Of a DNA stretch of 49,512 nt, positions 45,014 to 49,512 are shown piece after piece. A program made the position numbers and the translations under genes. The stretch lies in UHGV virus genome UHGV-1368206, one strand, 5' to 3'. Numbering within the stretch: position 1 is the first letter of the stretch; each line of letters starts with the position of its first letter. The notes under the pieces are model-generated. The model made no database searches. It had not been told where the DNA came from and was given only the letters and a program-made list of their open reading frames with translations. Source of the DNA: a virus.

Positions 45014-45481
45014 ATGGCAATAAATACCATCATCGTTTCCGGCAATGTGGGGAAAGACGCGGTTCTCCGCGTCACGCCAAACGGAAAACACATTGCGTCA
45101 TTCTCTATTCCCGCCAAAACCGGATATGGTGAGAATGAAAAGACATCCTGGCTGAATTGTAAGATGTTCGGCGCCATGGCTGAAAAGCTATCCTCTGCAG
45201 TCGTTAAAGGCGCGAAGGTTACAGTCTCTGGTGAGTTTGTTATTGAAGAATGGACTCGACAGGATGGTTCTACAGCGCAAACACCTACCATTCTGGTTCG
45301 GGATATCGATCTGCCCCCAAGAGGTACTTTTGGAAATGATAAGCCGCGACAACGACAAGTTCAGTCGCAGCAATCATCAGCACCTAAGCAGCACAGCGAA
45401 CCACCTATGGATTTCGACGACGATATTCCATTTTCGCCGGTAACTCTTCCCTTCCCACGTCACACCATTCACGTCATTTAA
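45014..45481 (+). CDS. ssb: single-stranded DNA-binding protein
   Basis: OB-fold N-terminus (MAINTIIVSGNVGKDAVLRVTPNGK…) and an acidic C-terminal tail DFDDDIPF. Confidence 0.85.
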   Translation: MAINTIIVSGNVGKDAVLRVTPNGKHIASFSIPAKTGYGENEKTSWLNCKMFGAMAEKLSSAVVKGAKVTVSGEFVIEEWTRQDGSTAQTPTILVRDIDLPPRGTFGNDKPRQRQVQSQQSSAPKQHSEPPMDFDDDIPFSPVTLPFPRHTIHVI

Positions 45482-45489
45482 TCAGGAGC

Positions 45490-45780
45490 ATGAACATGCC
45501 ATCACCTCTTCCCGGGGCGGGATATTTACGCCAGCCAAAACATTCAGGCACCAAAGAGGAGGTGCTGGCGAGGTGCTTCGAGGCAATCGCAAATAACGAT
45601 TACCAGACGCCGAGCATGGAAGTTCGGATTCAGGAACGATTCGAGAAGGATGTCTGGTTCGACAATCTGGAAGCAAGTAAACGCCCTCAGTATGTACCGG
45701 TCGGACCGATGCGCCCATCACGTGAGGATGAACGAATCAAACGCTATCGGGCCCGCTTCGGGTCTGTTAGCAATAACTGA
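45490..45780 (+). CDS. hypothetical protein
   Basis: 96 aa. Confidence 0.4.
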   Translation: MNMPSPLPGAGYLRQPKHSGTKEEVLARCFEAIANNDYQTPSMEVRIQERFEKDVWFDNLEASKRPQYVPVGPMRPSREDERIKRYRARFGSVSNN

Positions 45781-45793
45781 ATGCAGGTCATTT

Positions 45794-46453
45794 ATGACTA
45801 AACAATATTCTCTTATCTACGCTGATCCTCCCTGGTCATATGGCAACAACATCAGCAACGGTGCAGCTGTCGACCACTACCCCACTATGAGTCTGCTCGA
45901 TATGAAACGGCTCCCGGTATGGGAGCTCGCCGCGGAGAACGCCGTATTGGCGATGTGGTACACCGGCACCCACAACCAGGAGGCGATCGAGCTGGCCGAG
46001 TCCTGGGGCTTTACGGTACGCACGATGAAAGGCTTCACCTGGGTGAAATTGAATCAGCTGGCCGAGCTGCGCATTACCAAAGCTCTGGCAGAGGGAGACG
46101 TCGCCGATTTTTACGACTTCCTTGACCTGCTGAATGCCGAGACGCGCATGAACGGTGGCAACCACACCCGCGCCAACACGGAAGACGTGCTGATCGCCAC
46201 CCGCGGCGCCGGGCTGGAACGTAAGCACGCTGGCATTAAGCAGGTAGTCTACAGCCCGCTCGGGGCGCACAGCGAGAAACCTTGGGAAGTTCGCCACCGT
46301 CTGGAGTTGCTCTATGGCGACGTACCGCGGATTGAGCTGTTCAGCCGCAGCGCAGCGCCAGGCTGGAGCCACTGGGGAAACCAGTGCGCCACCGCTGCCG
46401 TTGAGCTGATCCCCGGCTGCGCCATCGACGTTGTGAAGACGGAGGCAGCATGA
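45794..46453 (+). CDS. MT-A70 family N6-adenine DNA methyltransferase
   Basis: From the ATG at 45794: MTKQYSLIYADPPW… carries the DPPW catalytic motif, and the C-terminal half is conserved. The track's 5' extension to 45650 is unlikely to be coding. Confidence 0.75.
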   Translation: MTKQYSLIYADPPWSYGNNISNGAAVDHYPTMSLLDMKRLPVWELAAENAVLAMWYTGTHNQEAIELAESWGFTVRTMKGFTWVKLNQLAELRITKALAEGDVADFYDFLDLLNAETRMNGGNHTRANTEDVLIATRGAGLERKHAGIKQVVYSPLGAHSEKPWEVRHRLELLYGDVPRIELFSRSAAPGWSHWGNQCATAAVELIPGCAIDVVKTEAA

Positions 46454-46668
46454 CACCAGCCGACGAAAACGCCATCCGCGCTGCCTGCCGTCGTTGTACC
46501 GAGGAAATCAAACAGGCTATGCGCAAAAAGCCAAAGCCTAACTGGGACGCAACAGTTAAGCCCATCATCAAGAAACACCACCAGAAAATTGCACCTCTGG
46601 GAGTTAGCCTCCTGGAGTTCGTCGTTTACACAGGGCGGCTTAATCGCCGTTTCGGAGTGGAATCGTGA
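46450..46668 (+). CDS. small hypothetical protein
   Basis: 72 aa, ATGA-coupled. Confidence 0.4.
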   Translation: MTPADENAIRAACRRCTEEIKQAMRKKPKPNWDATVKPIIKKHHQKIAPLGVSLLEFVVYTGRLNRRFGVES

Positions 46669-47255
46669 AAGAACGCGGAATGATTTTTAACAGTGAGATG
46701 GTTCGCGCCATTCTCGACGGTCGAAAGACGCAGACACGGCGCCCAGTGAAATTCCCTGTGCATGATAAAAACCTTGGGTGCGAGTTGGCTGGCAATGAAC
46801 TGGCCGGGGAGCTGTCGGCAGGGAACTATCTGAACAGCGCATTTGGCAAGCAAGGCGACCGCATCTGGGTGCGGGAGACTTGGGCACGCTACAACATCGA
46901 CCAAGACAGCTACGATATGGCATACCGAGCTACTCCTCCAGAAGACTGGCCTGAAGAAGGAAAATGGCGACCATCTATCCACATGCCGCGCTGGGCCAGT
47001 CGAATTCTGCTGGAAATTACAGGCGTACGTGTTGAGCGGTTGAACGCTATCAGCCAAGAAGATGCGCAAGATGAAGGCATGGAGCTTACCGGATGGCGGC
47101 CAACATACTCTGACCCAGATAGTGGCGGAGAGGTTTGGACTCCATATGACAACTTTGCGCGGCTGTGGGATTCCATCTACGGCGAAGGAAGTTGGAAGGT
47201 CAACCCTTGGGTGTGGGTTATCGAGTTCAAACGCGTTGAAGGCGGTGCAGCATGA
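46665..47255 (+). CDS. ASCH/PUA-like domain protein (tentative)
   Basis: MIFNSEMVRAILDGRKTQTRRP…GDRIWVRETW is the pattern typical of prophage ASCH proteins. Confidence 0.45.
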   Translation: MKERGMIFNSEMVRAILDGRKTQTRRPVKFPVHDKNLGCELAGNELAGELSAGNYLNSAFGKQGDRIWVRETWARYNIDQDSYDMAYRATPPEDWPEEGKWRPSIHMPRWASRILLEITGVRVERLNAISQEDAQDEGMELTGWRPTYSDPDSGGEVWTPYDNFARLWDSIYGEGSWKVNPWVWVIEFKRVEGGAA

Positions 47256-47473
47256 CAGCAGAAATCATCGATCAGGCCAACGAGCTTGCGCAGCAGCGAA
47301 TCGACATGGCGATCGCAGCGCACCGCATCAACCGCAACGCCGTATCAGCTGAGCATTGTAGTGAATGCGGAGAGAATATCCCGGCGCCGCGGCGCGCTGC
47401 AGTTCCCGGCTGCCAAACATGCGCGGAATGCCAATCTGTTATCGAGCTGAAGAATAAGCAGAGGGGTCTCTGA
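47252..47473 (+). CDS. TraR/DksA-family C4 zinc-finger protein
   Basis: CSECGENIP…CQTCAEC (CxxC-N17-CxxC) plus an N-terminal coiled coil. Confidence 0.7.
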   Translation: MTAEIIDQANELAQQRIDMAIAAHRINRNAVSAEHCSECGENIPAPRRAAVPGCQTCAECQSVIELKNKQRGL

Positions 47474-47475
47474 CG

Positions 47476-47817
47476 ATGATTGGAATACTCAAACCGGTCC
47501 CGGAATCACAATGGCCTGTACGGTGCCACGATCCGAAGCGGAGCAACGTCTGGGCTAACTCTTATTTTCTGGTCCAGGTGTTCCAGGAAGAGAACGGCGT
47601 TATCCGTCTGTCAGTGAACACCACCAGTATTGCCAGTTCCGGCCGGTGGAAGGATGGCATCAGCTGGGATGTGCTGCAGGAGATAAAGTCAGCTGTCGGT
47701 TACGGGGATCGTGATGCCGTTGAGATATATCCGCGGGATTCAGGCATCGTTAACGTGGCGAATATGCGGCACCTTTGGATTACACCGGAGCCAATCTCTT
47801 TTGCCTGGCGTAAATAA
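47476..47817 (+). CDS. hypothetical protein
   Basis: 113 aa. Confidence 0.4.
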   Translation: MIGILKPVPESQWPVRCHDPKRSNVWANSYFLVQVFQEENGVIRLSVNTTSIASSGRWKDGISWDVLQEIKSAVGYGDRDAVEIYPRDSGIVNVANMRHLWITPEPISFAWRK

Positions 47818-47921
47818 CGCAACTTATAGCCAGTTATGAGCTGGCTATTGGGTGCGAAAACACCGCCCCATTATCCCTTTTACCCGGCCACGCGCCGGGT
47901 TCTTTTTGCCTGGAGAACACC

Positions 47922-48170
47922 ATGAGCGAAGTTATTCAGCTGACTCCTAATAAATGGGTTTCGGAAGAAGTGCTGATGACGATCACCGGACTCACCAAAA
48001 ACGCTATCAAATCGGCCCGCGAAAAATCATGGATGGAAGGTCGCGAGTATCGGCATTATTCCGGAGACTGCCAGCCTAAGGACAACTCCCCTATCCTCTA
48101 CAATCGCTTAGAGATAGACAACTGGGTTGAACGTCAGCGCCCGGCGATCCCGCGCCAGAAATCTGTTTAA
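47922..48170 (+). CDS. xis: excisionase (DUF1233-type Xis)
   Basis: MSEVIQLTPNKWVSEEVLMTITGL…SWMEGREY… matches the enterobacterial prophage Xis family. Immediately upstream of int. Confidence 0.65.
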   Translation: MSEVIQLTPNKWVSEEVLMTITGLTKNAIKSAREKSWMEGREYRHYSGDCQPKDNSPILYNRLEIDNWVERQRPAIPRQKSV

Positions 48171-48201
48171 ATACCCCAGTTATTCACAACAAGGAGAACA
48201 C

Positions 48202-49482
48202 ATGAAATATCCTACCGGGGTAGAAAATCACGGGGGTAGTTTGCGCCTGTGGTTTATATATAAGGGTGTAAGGGTTCGGGAAAATCTCGGTATACCTGAC
48301 ACCCCAAAAAACAGGAGAATGGCAGGAGAACTGAGAACGACCATTTGCTATGCCATCAAGATCGGCACTTTCAATTATGTCGAGCAGTTTCCGCAGTCTT
48401 CAAACCTTGGGCGATTTGGCCTGACGCGCCCAGGGATTACTGTTGGCGAACTCGCCAAAAGATGGTTAGAGCTTAAGAGGATGGAAATTACGCTTAACGC
48501 CTTCAACCGTTACCGGTCTTACATCAAAATTTGCTGCGAATTACTGGGCCCAGACAAAATGCTTACCAGCATTAACACGGAACAGATTCTGTTAGTGAGA
48601 AAGGAGTTACTTACAGGGTTCCAGATTTGCGGGATACACCAGAAGAATCGCTCCGCCAAAAAAGGCAGAACAGTGAGAACAGTAAATGTTTACCTTAACT
48701 GCCTTGGAGGTATGTTTACTTTCGCTAAACAAAATGGGTATATCGACAGAAACCCATTCGAAGGCATTGATCCTCTCAGGAAGAGTAGATCGGAACCAGA
48801 TCCACTTACCCACGATGAATATTTCCGACTTCTTAACGCTTGCCCATCAGAGCAAATAAAGAATCTGTGGATACTGGCCGTTAACACTGGACTTCGCCAC
48901 GGAGAAATCAGTGCGCTGGCCTGGGAAGATATAGACCTGAAAAAATGGATAATCACTGTAAGCCGCAACATTGCCATTAAAGGGCATTTCACCCCGCCTA
49001 AAACAGAATGCGGTAACCGGGAAATAGTGCTCACCGACGCAGCAATACAGGCTCTGAAAAGCCAGATGGCTTATACCCGAATGGGCAAACAGCATCAAAT
49101 AGAAGTGCATTTGAGAGAGTTCGGCAGAACAAGAACAGATGCATGTACTTTCGTATTTGTTCCGCGGCTGACTGCAAGAAATGGAAAAGGTGGAGACTGG
49201 TATGCACCTGGTTCATTCGGCGCGACGTGGAATGATGTGCTCAAGAGAGCCGGCATTCGCCATCGCCGTGCATATGAATCAAGACACACTTTCGCATGTT
49301 GGGCATTAAGTGCAGGAGCAAATCCAAACTTCATTGCCTCACAGATGGGCCACACGTCAGCGCAAATGGTTTACAACGTTTACGGAAAATGGATGACTGA
49401 CAACAACAGTAATCAGATGGCGATACTCAACGCAAATTTTGGAGGTTTTGCCCCATCCATGCCCCAGGCACTAAATCAGTAA
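48202..49482 (+). CDS. int: tyrosine integrase
   Basis: From the ATG at 48202, with the RBS aaggag upstream. The catalytic region carries R…HxxR…Y (…RHTFACWALSAGANPNFIASQMGHTSAQMVYNVY) and an N-terminal arm-binding domain. Confidence 0.85.
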   Translation: MKYPTGVENHGGSLRLWFIYKGVRVRENLGIPDTPKNRRMAGELRTTICYAIKIGTFNYVEQFPQSSNLGRFGLTRPGITVGELAKRWLELKRMEITLNAFNRYRSYIKICCELLGPDKMLTSINTEQILLVRKELLTGFQICGIHQKNRSAKKGRTVRTVNVYLNCLGGMFTFAKQNGYIDRNPFEGIDPLRKSRSEPDPLTHDEYFRLLNACPSEQIKNLWILAVNTGLRHGEISALAWEDIDLKKWIITVSRNIAIKGHFTPPKTECGNREIVLTDAAIQALKSQMAYTRMGKQHQIEVHLREFGRTRTDACTFVFVPRLTARNGKGGDWYAPGSFGATWNDVLKRAGIRHRRAYESRHTFACWALSAGANPNFIASQMGHTSAQMVYNVYGKWMTDNNSNQMAILNANFGGFAPSMPQALNQ

Positions 49483-49512
49483 CCACTTTTCCCTTTCATT
49501 TCAACGTGTCAT

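Larger units (their letters stand above)
2700..49512. mobile_element. integrated lambdoid siphovirus prophage (left boundary approximate; right end extends beyond the window)
   Basis: Continuous phage modules in order: tail fibres, tail, head, packaging, lysis, Q, nin, replication, immunity, recombination, xis/int. No host housekeeping genes lie between 2777 and 49482. Confidence 0.85.

Noticed and set aside
45650-45793. 5' extension of the methyltransferase ORF (MSGSTIWKQVNALSMYRSDR…)
   Set aside because: It overlaps the preceding gene and has unusual composition. The DPPW-domain start MTKQYSLIYADPPW at 45794 is the natural start.

Overview
This window is almost entirely one roughly 47-kb lambdoid, mosaic siphovirus-type prophage of an enterobacterium, about 2.7 kb to the window end. 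It is oriented with the tyrosine integrase at the right end (48202..49482, + strand) and the tail-fibre genes at the left end, near position 2777. To the left of the prophage lie a LexA-box-controlled umuD-like/umuC operon and a yedK-like SRAP gene. These are either host flank or prophage-end cargo.

Gene order, right to left on the minus strand unless noted: int, xis, an early-left operon on the + strand (TraR/DksA, ASCH-like, MT-A70 methylase, SSB, Rad52-like annealing protein, a TolA-like coiled-coil protein, several small ORFs), a putative PL/OL region, a cI-like S24 repressor (+), an OR region, cro-like, O-like initiator with internal iterons, DnaB-like helicase, a packed nin-like region (NinB, NinE, YbcO-like, RusA, YlcG-like), a Q-like antiterminator, a reverse-oriented two-gene cassette (+), a putative late terminator, a P2-style lysis cassette, an AT-rich two-gene moron, small ORFs, terminase small and large subunits, portal, Mu-F-like head protein, an AT-rich membrane-protein moron, protease/scaffold, decoration protein, major capsid, head-tail joining genes, major tail protein with an Ig-like domain, a putative chaperone, a P22 immI-like island (Mnt-like, Arc-like, two antirepressors), a secreted-protein moron, tape measure, a HEPN-motif moron, distal tail proteins, an NlpC/P60 tail protein, a J-like central fibre, a beta-helix tailspike that may be a capsule depolymerase, and a LamG-like fibre.

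I found no rRNA, tRNA or CRISPR. Family assignments rest on motifs I recognise by eye; no database search was possible. The best candidates for undescribed function are the AT-rich 290-aa + 52-aa moron pair at 27889..28938, the HEPN-motif gene translationally coupled to the tape-measure gene, the membrane-anchored moron in the head module, and the operator-flanked reverse cassette between Q and the lysis genes.
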